From the sequence record PZ452610.1: 64,000 bases of DNA. The stretch is one strand, 5' to 3'. Under the pieces are notes generated by a model. It had not been told where the DNA came from, did not search any database, and saw nothing but the letters and a program-made list of their open reading frames with translations. Source of the DNA: a phage. Of the stretch, positions 16,730-26,023 are shown piece by piece (the first letter of the stretch is position 1; each line of letters opens with the position of its first letter). Made by a program: the position numbers and the translations under genes.

Positions 16730-17104
16730 TTAAAAACGTAATTTAGATATATCTGCGTTGATTTCGTTTTGGTTTGCGTCGTATGCAATTAAACGAACCG
16801 CTTTAGATGGGTCATTCAATGCATAGAAATGATGGAACATTGCTCGAACGATATCACCATTTACGAGTTCTACCTGGATAGGAGAACCTTTTTCGAGTTG
16901 GAAATGTTCATAAGCTTTGATGGTTCGCAGATAATCAAGTTTTTGATTTCCAGCTCCAACAATTTGTACGATACGTTTGCCCATGTTTTCCATACGAGAT
17001 ACAATAGTTTTAGGAGCAAGAATAACGTAGGTTGCCAGTGGAGAAACTACTTCAACAGTTGTGTTTTCGGTGATTGCAGTAAAAATTGCTTGAGACATAT
17101 TCAT
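16730..17104 (-). CDS. Hypothetical protein, 124 aa
   Basis: ATG with SD AAGAGGAAAAC; own early promoter. Confidence 0.55.
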   Translation of the reverse strand: MNMSQAIFTAITENTTVEVVSPLATYVILAPKTIVSRMENMGKRIVQIVGAGNQKLDYLRTIKAYEHFQLEKGSPIQVELVNGDIVRAMFHHFYALNDPSKAVRLIAYDANQNEINADISKLRF

Positions 17105-17164
17105 AATGTTTTCCTCTTGGTTGGTGTAAGTACATCATATCATGCCTAGAGGAAGATGTAAACC

Positions 17165-17195
17165 CAGAAAGGAGACCGAAGTCTCCTTTTTATTA
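17165..17195 (-). terminator. Hairpin GGAGAC-TTCG-GTCTCC after gene 41
   Basis: Perfect 6-7 bp stem with UUCG loop; T-rich flank on both strands. Confidence 0.55.
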
Positions 17196-18635
17196 AAATT
17201 TTAACTCATTGGCTAAGCTATCTAGGTCAGCACGTGTTGCTTTGGCTTTACCTACGCGTTCCGTACGATTCACCTCTGCCTGACGCATCTGAGCACCTGC
17301 GTTTTCATTTACTGTGTTAGGTGTGTTCATGCCTTCTTGCTCAATCTCAATCCATTTCTGGTTGCCTTTACGTACACCCATCAGGAATTTATTCCACTTA
17401 TTCTTATCGCCGTATCGTGATTTGATTTGTTTGATAAGTTGTTGTTCAGCTTGTGCAAGTTCTTCGGTTTCAATTACAGCCAACATGAAATCCGCCGTTG
17501 CTGGTAAACCTGCTGATTCTGCAATATCACTCATGTTCATGTCTGAAGCATCCCATGCTGCACGTCCTACTTGAGCTGCAGTCCATAGAACTGTTTCAGA
17601 TTCTACTGCTAATGCACGAAGTTCTTCTGCGATAGCTTTAACTAATGTGTAGCTATTTTCAGTGTAAACTCTGATACGACAAGACCCACAAATACCTAAG
17701 TAATCAACCATGATTACAGATGGTACAAAGTTCTTCTTAAGTTTTAACTCATTAAGCAATGCACGAAATGTATTAGCATTAGCTCCACCAGTAGGATACT
17801 GTTTAACTACTAAACGTCCTAATGTTGTTTTTGAACGCCATTTTTCCATCTTGGCTTTATATTCAGCATAAGATACGTTACCATCATCAATATCATCAAG
17901 TGATACGTCAAGCATGTTTGCATCTATACGCTTAGCACAAACTTCTTCAGCCATTTCCATAGAAATATAAAGAACGTTATGACCTGTTTGAAGATAATCT
18001 GCAGCAAGTGAACAAAGGCCTAAAGATTTACCAACGTTAACACCGGCCATTAAAACGTTCAGTGTACCTGTTTCTGCACCACCTTTGGTGATTTTATTCA
18101 GAATGTTTAATTTGAACGGGACCTTACGTGCTTTATTTAGATAAGAAAGCCAGCGTGCTTCATAATCTTCCATCCAGTCATGGCCAACATAACTATCAAA
18201 CGAAATTGAAAGTGCTTGACGCATAATATCAGGAATAGCTCCTACGTCAGGCATTTTCTTGTTACGTTGTTCTGGAGGTAGTTCAGCATTAGACTGAATC
18301 TCAATGATTTTGGATGTAGCATTATACATCGCTTTTTGCTGGACATATTTCTCAGTTTCTTTAACCAACCATTCATGGTCTTCAGGAGTATCAGCCAATT
18401 TTTCAATTAGGTCTGAAGTTCCTTTATATTCGGCTTCAGTTAAAGAACTGTTATCTAAAGCCACCTTTAACGCATTGATAGATGGCATTGCATTATATTC
18501 GTTAACGTGGCTCTTTATAATTTTAAAGACATTTTTTGCCGGTCCACGCTCAAAATACTCAGAATCCATATAAGGCCAGACCTTAGAAAAATAAGCCTGG
18601 TCATATACGAGATGAGACAAAATAATTTCTACCAC
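17193..18635 (-). CDS. 41: Replicative DNA helicase gp41 (DnaB family)
   Basis: 480 aa; MVEIILSHLVYDQAYFSKVWPYMD... and Walker A GVNVGKS match T4 gp41; start codon appears to be GTG. Confidence 0.95.
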   Translation of the reverse strand: MVEIILSHLVYDQAYFSKVWPYMDSEYFERGPAKNVFKIIKSHVNEYNAMPSINALKVALDNSSLTEAEYKGTSDLIEKLADTPEDHEWLVKETEKYVQQKAMYNATSKIIEIQSNAELPPEQRNKKMPDVGAIPDIMRQALSISFDSYVGHDWMEDYEARWLSYLNKARKVPFKLNILNKITKGGAETGTLNVLMAGVNVGKSLGLCSLAADYLQTGHNVLYISMEMAEEVCAKRIDANMLDVSLDDIDDGNVSYAEYKAKMEKWRSKTTLGRLVVKQYPTGGANANTFRALLNELKLKKNFVPSVIMVDYLGICGSCRIRVYTENSYTLVKAIAEELRALAVESETVLWTAAQVGRAAWDASDMNMSDIAESAGLPATADFMLAVIETEELAQAEQQLIKQIKSRYGDKNKWNKFLMGVRKGNQKWIEIEQEGMNTPNTVNENAGAQMRQAEVNRTERVGKAKATRADLDSLANELKF

Positions 18636-18644
18636 GATAACTCC

Positions 18645-19007
18645 TTAAAAGAATTTAAATTTTTTCTTGGTTCGTTCATTAAAAGCTTGTTGTACTTGCA
18701 TTGTAACACATTTTTCAACATGTGGTGCAAGTTCTGCTTTTCTGTCCTGGTCAAGAACTGCAAAGTCCATTACGATTTTACCATCAACCCAGTCTAGTTT
18801 TGTAATATAGACTATATGATGAGAACCATCTTCAAGTGTAATCAGAATCTCTTGAATGACATTTTCCATTGCTGAACGGATAATTTTAAGAGATTCATTA
18901 AACACTCGTTCTTTGCGAATGTCTTCCCCTTCCGAAGAAGGGGATTCATCAACGATTTCTAGATTTAAATCATCGAGATTATTCATCGAAATCTTCCATT
19001 TCGTCAA
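18645..19007 (-). CDS. 40: gp40-like head vertex assembly protein
   Basis: 120 aa ORF between uvsX and 41 as in T4; start may be internal Met overlapping uvsX stop. Confidence 0.5.
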   Translation of the reverse strand: MTKWKISMNNLDDLNLEIVDESPSSEGEDIRKERVFNESLKIIRSAMENVIQEILITLEDGSHHIVYITKLDWVDGKIVMDFAVLDQDRKAELAPHVEKCVTMQVQQAFNERTKKKFKFF

Positions 19008-20151
19008 GGTCGTTTTCTATATCTGCTGCAGACGGAGCATCAGAAGTTTTAACCGGAACTTTAGTTGTTGCTTTGCAATTAATAAGGTCGTTAACAGCGT
19101 CATCAACTTCTTTAATAGAAGAGATAGCACCTAGTTTATATTTAGTTTCAATTGCATCTCGGAAAGGTTTGTGTTTAAACAAAGGTCCCCAGAATTCTAC
19201 ACAATCGGTAGCTTTAGCACGCCATGATTTCTCTTCACGAATCATTTCGCCTGTTTCTTCGTCAAGGAATTCGCGAGCATACCACCCGGCTTTAGGCTTA
19301 ACAACAAATCCAATTTCAGTTGCCATTTCTAACAAGCCACTGAATGGGTCAATACCGCCATCAAAATTAACCGTGATCGGGAAAGTAGATTTCTCTTTAA
19401 CTGTACGAGATTTTTCCGCTTTCAACGTAAAGTCATAACCGGTCAATTCTGTACCTTCTTTAACCTGACGTTTAGAGATAAAAAATACCGTGTTGGCAGA
19501 ATAAAGAATACCTGTACCACCGCCCATAATCTCTTTAGGATACAATCCGCCGATTTCCATTGCTGTATGGTTGATTGCAACACATGGAATATCTTTAATA
19601 GTCAGATAAGGAGTCACAATGCGGAACAGAGATTTAAGTGCCTTAGCACGAGACATATCACCTACAACTTTCTCGTTCAATGCATCTTCGGTTTCTTTCT
19701 TAGATGCAGTATTACCAATCGAGTCAATAAAGATAATAACTTTATCACCGCGTTCAATAGCGTCAAGCTGATTAGTCATATCAACTTTAAGTTGTTCGAC
19801 AGATTGAATCGGAGTATGAACTACACGGTCTAAATCAACACCCATTGAACGAAAATAAGATTCCGAAGCACCGAATTCTGAGTCATAAAACAAACAGATT
19901 GCATCTTTATATTTCTTCATATACGCTGCAACCATAGTTAGTCCAAACAACGTTTTAAAGTGTTTAGAAGGAGCAGCAAAAATAGTTAAGCCTGATTGCA
20001 ACCCGGCATTCAGTGCACCACCTAATGCAATATTCAACATCGGAATACGAGTAGGGACTTCATCGCGATTATTAAACAGCTTAGACTTAGTCAAGTCTGC
20101 AGTCATTTTAGAAGTAGAAGCTTTAATCAGACGAGATTTTAAATCAGACAT
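18979..20151 (-). CDS. uvsX: UvsX recombinase (RecA-like)
   Basis: 390 aa; RecA-fold ATPase (Walker A in FAAPSKHFKT region); acidic C-terminal tail; T4 position. Confidence 0.95.
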   Translation of the reverse strand: MSDLKSRLIKASTSKMTADLTKSKLFNNRDEVPTRIPMLNIALGGALNAGLQSGLTIFAAPSKHFKTLFGLTMVAAYMKKYKDAICLFYDSEFGASESYFRSMGVDLDRVVHTPIQSVEQLKVDMTNQLDAIERGDKVIIFIDSIGNTASKKETEDALNEKVVGDMSRAKALKSLFRIVTPYLTIKDIPCVAINHTAMEIGGLYPKEIMGGGTGILYSANTVFFISKRQVKEGTELTGYDFTLKAEKSRTVKEKSTFPITVNFDGGIDPFSGLLEMATEIGFVVKPKAGWYAREFLDEETGEMIREEKSWRAKATDCVEFWGPLFKHKPFRDAIETKYKLGAISSIKEVDDAVNDLINCKATTKVPVKTSDAPSAADIENDLDEMEDFDE

Positions 20152-20249
20152 TGTATTTTTCCATAGGCATCATTATATTTTACTCATGTTTAAAAGATAA
20201 GATGATTATATACTAAGGGTTATACAGCATTTAAAACTTTAAATGACTC

Positions 20250-20798
20250 TTAACGAGCCCATTTGATGATTTCTGTAATCAAATCATTACGTTCGCTTGC
20301 ATTAAATCCTATAACTTTGTTAGCACCATCATGATTAAGTAATTGATACGTTTGGATTTTGTTATGAATTGCAAACTCTTCAAAATGTGAAATGACTGTA
20401 TTAAAACCGAATGAAGACAAAGTGATAAGGTCGTCTTCAAAACTTTCAGTCATTTCGTTACGTGTTAAAATAATTGTGAACACATCATGGTTTTGGCAAA
20501 GACGAACATAATCCTGTTCATAAACGTCAAGAACCGAGTCCGCATCTTGTCGAATACGTCCATAAACCCAGTTACTAATATATCCACGGTCTAACAGATA
20601 AATCTTAGTAGGGTCTAAATAATTCAACATCGTTTCGAAACAGCCAACTTCATTTCGAGACTTAACATCGAAACGTCCATCAACTGTTCGTTTAGGGAAA
20701 TCAATCTTTACATATCTTTCACTAATTTCCATTATGTCATTAATGAAAGTTGTTTTACCAGCATTATCCGGGCCATCTACTAAAATAATTTTAGCCAT
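20250..20798 (-). CDS. P-loop nucleotide kinase, thymidylate-kinase-like
   Basis: 182 aa; Walker A GPDNAGKTT and downstream LDRGYISNWVYG resembling the TMK DRY...S motif. Confidence 0.55.
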   Translation of the reverse strand: MAKIILVDGPDNAGKTTFINDIMEISERYVKIDFPKRTVDGRFDVKSRNEVGCFETMLNYLDPTKIYLLDRGYISNWVYGRIRQDADSVLDVYEQDYVRLCQNHDVFTIILTRNEMTESFEDDLITLSSFGFNTVISHFEEFAIHNKIQTYQLLNHDGANKVIGFNASERNDLITEIIKWAR

Positions 20799-20799
20799 T

Positions 20800-21699
20800 T
20801 TATTCCTCGATTACGACATCTTCATATTTAGGTATATTATACGGTGAAGAAATTAAAGCATTAAAGTAGATGAACTCACCAAGACCTGGATGAAATACTT
20901 CTTCAGGATTTTCGAAATATTGAATCTTCGGACGTCCTTTAAGAATTTGATAGTACTCAGTTTTAGTTGGTTTAAAAATTCGAATCAACGCTTCTTCAGG
21001 ATACTTATTTCTGTCGAAGCTATTATTTGGATCGGTTATATAAAGCGGTTGACCTAATTGAATTGCGCATTCAACAACTTGTTCAAAACGATAGCATGGG
21101 TCACTAATTCGAAATGGATGAAAAATACCATCTAGATGAATAGGAGCCAAATCACCTACAAGACGCTGCATGATGGAAGGACGTATAACTTTCTGCGTTA
21201 CGATAATCTTATTACCATCTGCACCTGCGTTAACCAGCACTTCTTTTTGACGTTCATTCAACACAGTAGTTTGAAGTGAACGATTAACCGACAACATATC
21301 AGTTTTTAAGAATTCGTCAATATAAAAACGTGGTTTATTAGGGTCTGCAGTGATATTGAAATTGAATTCCACATCAAAAGCGCCGTCATATCCAGTGATA
21401 TCTGTGATTAAAAAATCACAATCATAATAAGCAATTAATGAATCAACAACAAATTCATTTTCAGACCAGAAATATTTACGAGTGTTATACGCGTTATCTT
21501 TATACCATAATGGAACAAACTTAAATTCTGGAAAAAGACGTTCGCATTCTTTAATATCAGATGCATTACGTGGATATGTAATCACATCACCCGGATTAGC
21601 ACGGTGCAAATGAAGTTGGAAGTTGCCATCCTTAAGGATAGCATACTGTCCAGTTTCATAAGACCGCATACTCAAGATTGGTACGCGGAAAATAGCCAT
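20800..21699 (-). CDS. Hypothetical protein, 299 aa, at the T4 beta-gt position
   Basis: ORF between uvsX and 42 where T4 encodes beta-glucosyltransferase; no similarity to beta-gt recognised. Confidence 0.55.
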   Translation of the reverse strand: MAIFRVPILSMRSYETGQYAILKDGNFQLHLHRANPGDVITYPRNASDIKECERLFPEFKFVPLWYKDNAYNTRKYFWSENEFVVDSLIAYYDCDFLITDITGYDGAFDVEFNFNITADPNKPRFYIDEFLKTDMLSVNRSLQTTVLNERQKEVLVNAGADGNKIIVTQKVIRPSIMQRLVGDLAPIHLDGIFHPFRISDPCYRFEQVVECAIQLGQPLYITDPNNSFDRNKYPEEALIRIFKPTKTEYYQILKGRPKIQYFENPEEVFHPGLGEFIYFNALISSPYNIPKYEDVVIEE

Positions 21700-22415
21700 T
21701 AGTCAAGGAATCCTTTAACATAATCAAAATCACGTTCAAACACATGGGCACTTACCATGGTATGAGTATAATCACCAACTTCTACCCCACATTCGTTAGC
21801 GATATAATGAAGTAATTTTCCTTGGAGATAAAAATCCAACTGCATAACAACAGCACAGTTCTGAGAACGCATATGACAGTGGGTATAAAGCTTACCATCA
21901 CGAATATAATAAGTCACTGAGTCAGTACATGGATATTCAAGCGTTTCGTCCGAATCAAGCAAAGCCTGATCAGAACTTTCTAGAATTTGGAACACAACTC
22001 TTCGAGAGTTAGGCTTCTCTTTAAGTTCTTTTAGAAGAGCTGGTAATTGGGCCGCAATGCGAGGACCATAGAAAGTGTTGAAGTTCGCCGGCAAAACATC
22101 TGATTTTGGTTTAGAAATAAATTTAGCGACATTAGGATATGCCTTAAACGCTTCTTCTGCGTTGGTACCACCAGAAATCATAAACTTCCAGAAGTCTTCG
22201 GCATATTCATAAGAGATGCGGTTAATACGTGGGTCGGTCATTTTGAATGATGATGGAGTGTCAACAACTACTGTCATAGACCCAATTTCATTACAACGTC
22301 CAATACGAGAATCAGTTACGAATTCCGGGTTTTCTAAAATTTCACGATTGACTGCTTTAAATGCGGTTTGAAAATCTGCGGCTTTGATATATTTCATTGT
22401 GTTATGTTTTCCCAT
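21699..22415 (-). CDS. 42: dCMP hydroxymethylase gp42 (thymidylate synthase family)
   Basis: 238 aa; TS-family motifs SRRVVF, active-site PC (EYPCTDS), MRSQN; T4 position. Confidence 0.8.
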   Translation of the reverse strand: MGKHNTMKYIKAADFQTAFKAVNREILENPEFVTDSRIGRCNEIGSMTVVVDTPSSFKMTDPRINRISYEYAEDFWKFMISGGTNAEEAFKAYPNVAKFISKPKSDVLPANFNTFYGPRIAAQLPALLKELKEKPNSRRVVFQILESSDQALLDSDETLEYPCTDSVTYYIRDGKLYTHCHMRSQNCAVVMQLDFYLQGKLLHYIANECGVEVGDYTHTMVSAHVFERDFDYVKGFLD

Positions 22416-22457
22416 GTTTACCTCAATACAATTTATTATATACTCAATTCGTAAAGC

Positions 22458-22697
22458 TTATTTGAATTTCTTGACAATGTTGATATAACGTAAAGCTTCA
22501 GCATCGATACTTCCAAGAACACTATGAAGAAATGCATCAGCGTAGTATTCCAATTGAACAGGTTCTTTAATCACTTTAGCCGCTTTAGTTTCAAACAGGC
22601 CCATCAGGGCCTTTTTAAGAATTTGTTCGTTGCTGTTAATTTTCATAGTCAAAATCTCTTCATTAAGTTGGTGGTTAAAAGTTTTTCTAGAAATCAT
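22458..22697 (-). CDS. Hypothetical protein, 79 aa
   Basis: ORF in operon context. Confidence 0.45.
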   Translation of the reverse strand: MISRKTFNHQLNEEILTMKINSNEQILKKALMGLFETKAAKVIKEPVQLEYYADAFLHSVLGSIDAEALRYINIVKKFK

Positions 22698-23869
22698 TCC
22701 GGGTACCTCAAAGCGTCATCAGAGTTAGTTATATCAATAATAGATATAGAGTTTTCTGCTAACCCGTTTTTAGATAATTGACGTTTATAATATCTTTCAC
22801 AATATGTACACGTCGTCCCGCAGATTTCATTAGCACAATCGAAATCTGGATGTCTGAACCACCTTTTTTCTAAAAAGCCATCTAACAAAGAGGTTTCAAT
22901 ATTTACTGTATGTGAAAACTCAGTTTCGTTTTCAAGAGTGAAAATAGTCTCTAAAGGCTTCCACAGTTCTAACAAATTACCTTCAAACTTTTCAGAAGCG
23001 TATGCTTCAAGAACTTTCAAAATGTAGTCTGTGCTACCTGTACGTCCTGAAACTTTGAATTGAGTGATACCAATATCATTATAAAGTTTCAAATCTTGAG
23101 GACGAACAAAACGAGTTCTCAACCAGTTAAATGGGTCTGTATCACGAGCTTTAATACAGTGCTGCATAGGATATCCGTTTAAGGATTTAGCATCATCAGC
23201 TGTAACATCAGTACTATGGAAAATATAGCAAGAGTCACGATAGCTACAATGTGTTGTATACCCTTTACCAGCATTAGAACAGAACTCATTTACAAGAACT
23301 TCAAATATTATATTGTTCTTATTGCAAAACTCTGCTGCACGCTTCAGGAAAGAAACTGAACGGTTCTTATGAATTCCACAGCAGACCTTTTTGATATTAT
23401 ACTGGTCATGCAAGTATTTGATTTGAGTTACAGCATCGACATGTAGAATTGTTGAAACTTCAATCTCAATGTCTTTATTGACTTCACGAACAATTTCCAT
23501 AACAACAGGGTTAGCGATAGTAATACGCCATACGCCTATTGACCAAAGATACTGAACATAATCCTGAATAGCTTTCTTCTTCCACCCAACTAGTTCTCTT
23601 TTTGAACCAGGATTTATCGTGTTGAGTGTATAGTTAAAGCAAATACCTAATTCGTTACAACGTTTAACGTAATCTTCTAACATCTTTTTGTCAACGTCAG
23701 GAAGCCTAAAATCAGGTCTGGCTGCTACAAAAGCCATTTCTCTTGTAGAGCCGTATACTTCGTTTATCAAGCTATTAGGATAAGTTTTATTGAGCTCTAC
23801 GATTTTATCAAGAAGAGCTAAATCAAAATTCGTTCCAATTTTAAAAGTATTCATTTTTTTGCATCTCAC
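22694..23869 (-). CDS. Hypothetical protein, 391 aa, with C-terminal Cys cluster
   Basis: C-terminal CANEICGTTCTYC (C-x4-C-x3-C-x2-C); family not recognised; sits inside the sugar-nucleotide cassette. Confidence 0.6.
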   Translation of the reverse strand: MRCKKMNTFKIGTNFDLALLDKIVELNKTYPNSLINEVYGSTREMAFVAARPDFRLPDVDKKMLEDYVKRCNELGICFNYTLNTINPGSKRELVGWKKKAIQDYVQYLWSIGVWRITIANPVVMEIVREVNKDIEIEVSTILHVDAVTQIKYLHDQYNIKKVCCGIHKNRSVSFLKRAAEFCNKNNIIFEVLVNEFCSNAGKGYTTHCSYRDSCYIFHSTDVTADDAKSLNGYPMQHCIKARDTDPFNWLRTRFVRPQDLKLYNDIGITQFKVSGRTGSTDYILKVLEAYASEKFEGNLLELWKPLETIFTLENETEFSHTVNIETSLLDGFLEKRWFRHPDFDCANEICGTTCTYCERYYKRQLSKNGLAENSISIIDITNSDDALRYPE

Positions 23870-23910
23870 GTTAATTGATGCGATGGTTTTTGCAGGTCTT
23901 ACTTAAATTA

Positions 23911-24312
23911 TTATAGATTCGGTTTATATGATTTAAATGTTTCGAATTCGCCTTTATTCATAAGAGCTTTGAATTCGTCAGGACGCATAGCTTTGTCGTC
24001 GATAATCCAATCATATACTGGTTTATGTGTTAGCAAATTATGGTACTTCAAACCAATGTTTTCCAAGTTCTGAATCAGACTTGGGAGAATGTCAATTGCT
24101 ATACGACCAGGACCTACTGACTTCATACCGCGAGCAGTGTAAAGCGTTATGGTATGCCCTGCATCATACAGGGCATTAATAGCAGTCACCATTTCGACGT
24201 CTGGTTTGAAGTTCACGTAATCACGATTGTTATTCCACTCTGTTATACAATCATCGACATCAAAACAAAGATTAAGCATGTTTTCTACACGGTGCATTAG
24301 ATTCGTTCCCAT
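23911..24312 (-). CDS. HAD-superfamily phosphatase-like protein, 133 aa
   Basis: N-terminal FDVDDCIT (HAD motif I-like), TLYTARG (motif II), KPVYDWIIDD (motifs III/IV). Confidence 0.6.
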   Translation of the reverse strand: MGTNLMHRVENMLNLCFDVDDCITEWNNNRDYVNFKPDVEMVTAINALYDAGHTITLYTARGMKSVGPGRIAIDILPSLIQNLENIGLKYHNLLTHKPVYDWIIDDKAMRPDEFKALMNKGEFETFKSYKPNL

Positions 24313-25982
24313 TGATGAGTGATATCGCCACCGATTGGACGATAAGAAACACCAGTTTCTTTATCAGTTAGTACCCATTTACCAGGATTTTTTGTAATCA
24401 GAGTAGCCGTTACAGGTTCTGCTACGTCATAACTAATAGAGCCGTCCTGAAGTACACGGCCCATGTTACGTAATTGCTTAGTCAGAAGTTCCATACCTTT
24501 ATAATATGCGGCTACCGCTTTAAGTGGATTATTCTTGAAATAACCACCTAATGCAATCCAGATAATTGCTACAGCCAAATGATGATACTCGTTAAACGAA
24601 CTCATCTTTCCATATTTGTAAACTAATGGATTGATGTTAATAGTCACATTACAAGTTGTTTCGTCAATAGTAAACTGTCCCCAGGTCGGATTAGCGTTGA
24701 ATTCATCATAACCTGAAACAGCATAAAGCACTTTAGCTTCATCATACAATTTTGGCCCGTAAATCTTGGTTTCGCCAAAATATCCACGAGGGTCGATAAA
24801 CTTGACTTCGCCGTTATCAGTAATCATAGTATTACTGAAGTTCGGGTCACCGTGAATAACAGAGTACTGTCCCTGAGAACGGGTATGATAACGAATAAGA
24901 TGTTCTAAAGCTTGCTTCAGCATTGGCTTCAGACGTCCAATCTTAGTGTAGTTCACGTGTGTGATTTTACCAAATGAATCAATCAATGGCTGAATGCTTT
25001 CACAACGATCAATAACTTTCGTATAGAACTCTTTAGTGAAATCACGGCGAACAGTTTCAGGACTTACAAAATAAGTGTCTGTGCTGAATTTCAGTGCATC
25101 TAAAATTGCATCAACAATTTGTGGACGAGCAAGACTTGATTTGGATTTAATATATTCAAATGCTGGCTTACCTTTAATACGTTCCATTTCAAAATTATTT
25201 TCATTTACCGAAACTAACTGAGGAACTGAATCTGATTTCACTTTCAAATACCATGAAATCTCATCTTTTTGAAGAGCTCGACCTTGTTCGGTTAACGCGA
25301 ATTTAGTTACAGTTTCTTCGCCAATTTCAACTGCATTAAAACTACGATTAAGTTCACGAACTTCATGAGCTTTTTCAAGTTTAGGCATATCACCTAAATC
25401 AATTAGATTCATAAGCTCTGATTTATTGAATGCACTGCCGTAAAGGAATTCTACGAAATCACGTCCTTTGCAGTATTCATGAATTTCCTCATCAGTAGAA
25501 CCCATGTAGAATTCCCAGTCTTTGAACTGATAAATTCCTACAACATTACCGCCTGTTGAACCTACGTTAGTGATATTTTCACCATCGAAATTATATCGAC
25601 ATTCATCACCCTTAACATAGATTGCGTTAACATTCCAAGACCATGAACCAAAATCAGGAATAATATCACACCAGTTAACAATTACGTTATGGCCATCTAA
25701 ATCTTTGTATAATTTAGCAAGAGCATAAGCAGAACCATACGCTTCATCAACTGTACGAATAGTCACATTGAACCCTTCTTGCTCGCAATAAGCTCGAACA
25801 GTTTCAGCAAATTTTGAATGAACTACTACAATAATTTCATCTGCGCCAAGGTCAGAATAAATTGTATACAAATTGCTCAGAATAGTGTCTTGTTTATAGT
25901 TAACAAGAACTTTTGGAATATGATGCGTTATTGGATACAAACGAGTTGCCAGTCCAGCACCAAGAATAACAGCTTTTTTCAT
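24297..25982 (-). CDS. Bifunctional sugar-1-phosphate nucleotidyltransferase / APH-type sugar kinase
   Basis: 561 aa; N-terminus KAVILGAGLATRLYPITHHIPKVLV (NTP-transferase G-x-G-x-R-L); C-terminus HGDPNFSNTMITDNGEVKFIDPRGYFG (APH/ChoK catalytic loop). Confidence 0.75.
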   Translation of the reverse strand: MKKAVILGAGLATRLYPITHHIPKVLVNYKQDTILSNLYTIYSDLGADEIIVVVHSKFAETVRAYCEQEGFNVTIRTVDEAYGSAYALAKLYKDLDGHNVIVNWCDIIPDFGSWSWNVNAIYVKGDECRYNFDGENITNVGSTGGNVVGIYQFKDWEFYMGSTDEEIHEYCKGRDFVEFLYGSAFNKSELMNLIDLGDMPKLEKAHEVRELNRSFNAVEIGEETVTKFALTEQGRALQKDEISWYLKVKSDSVPQLVSVNENNFEMERIKGKPAFEYIKSKSSLARPQIVDAILDALKFSTDTYFVSPETVRRDFTKEFYTKVIDRCESIQPLIDSFGKITHVNYTKIGRLKPMLKQALEHLIRYHTRSQGQYSVIHGDPNFSNTMITDNGEVKFIDPRGYFGETKIYGPKLYDEAKVLYAVSGYDEFNANPTWGQFTIDETTCNVTININPLVYKYGKMSSFNEYHHLAVAIIWIALGGYFKNNPLKAVAAYYKGMELLTKQLRNMGRVLQDGSISYDVAEPVTATLITKNPGKWVLTDKETGVSYRPIGGDITHQWERI

Positions 25983-26023
25983 GTTGTGGTCCTCATTGGT
26001 AAGTAGGTGTATTGTACACTATT

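Noticed and set aside
22694-23869. Radical-SAM or U32-peptidase assignment for the 391-aa Cys-rich protein
   Set aside because: The Cys cluster is C-terminal (C-x4-C-x3-C-x2-C), not the N-terminal CxxxCxxC of radical SAM, and the U32 signature does not fit; left unassigned
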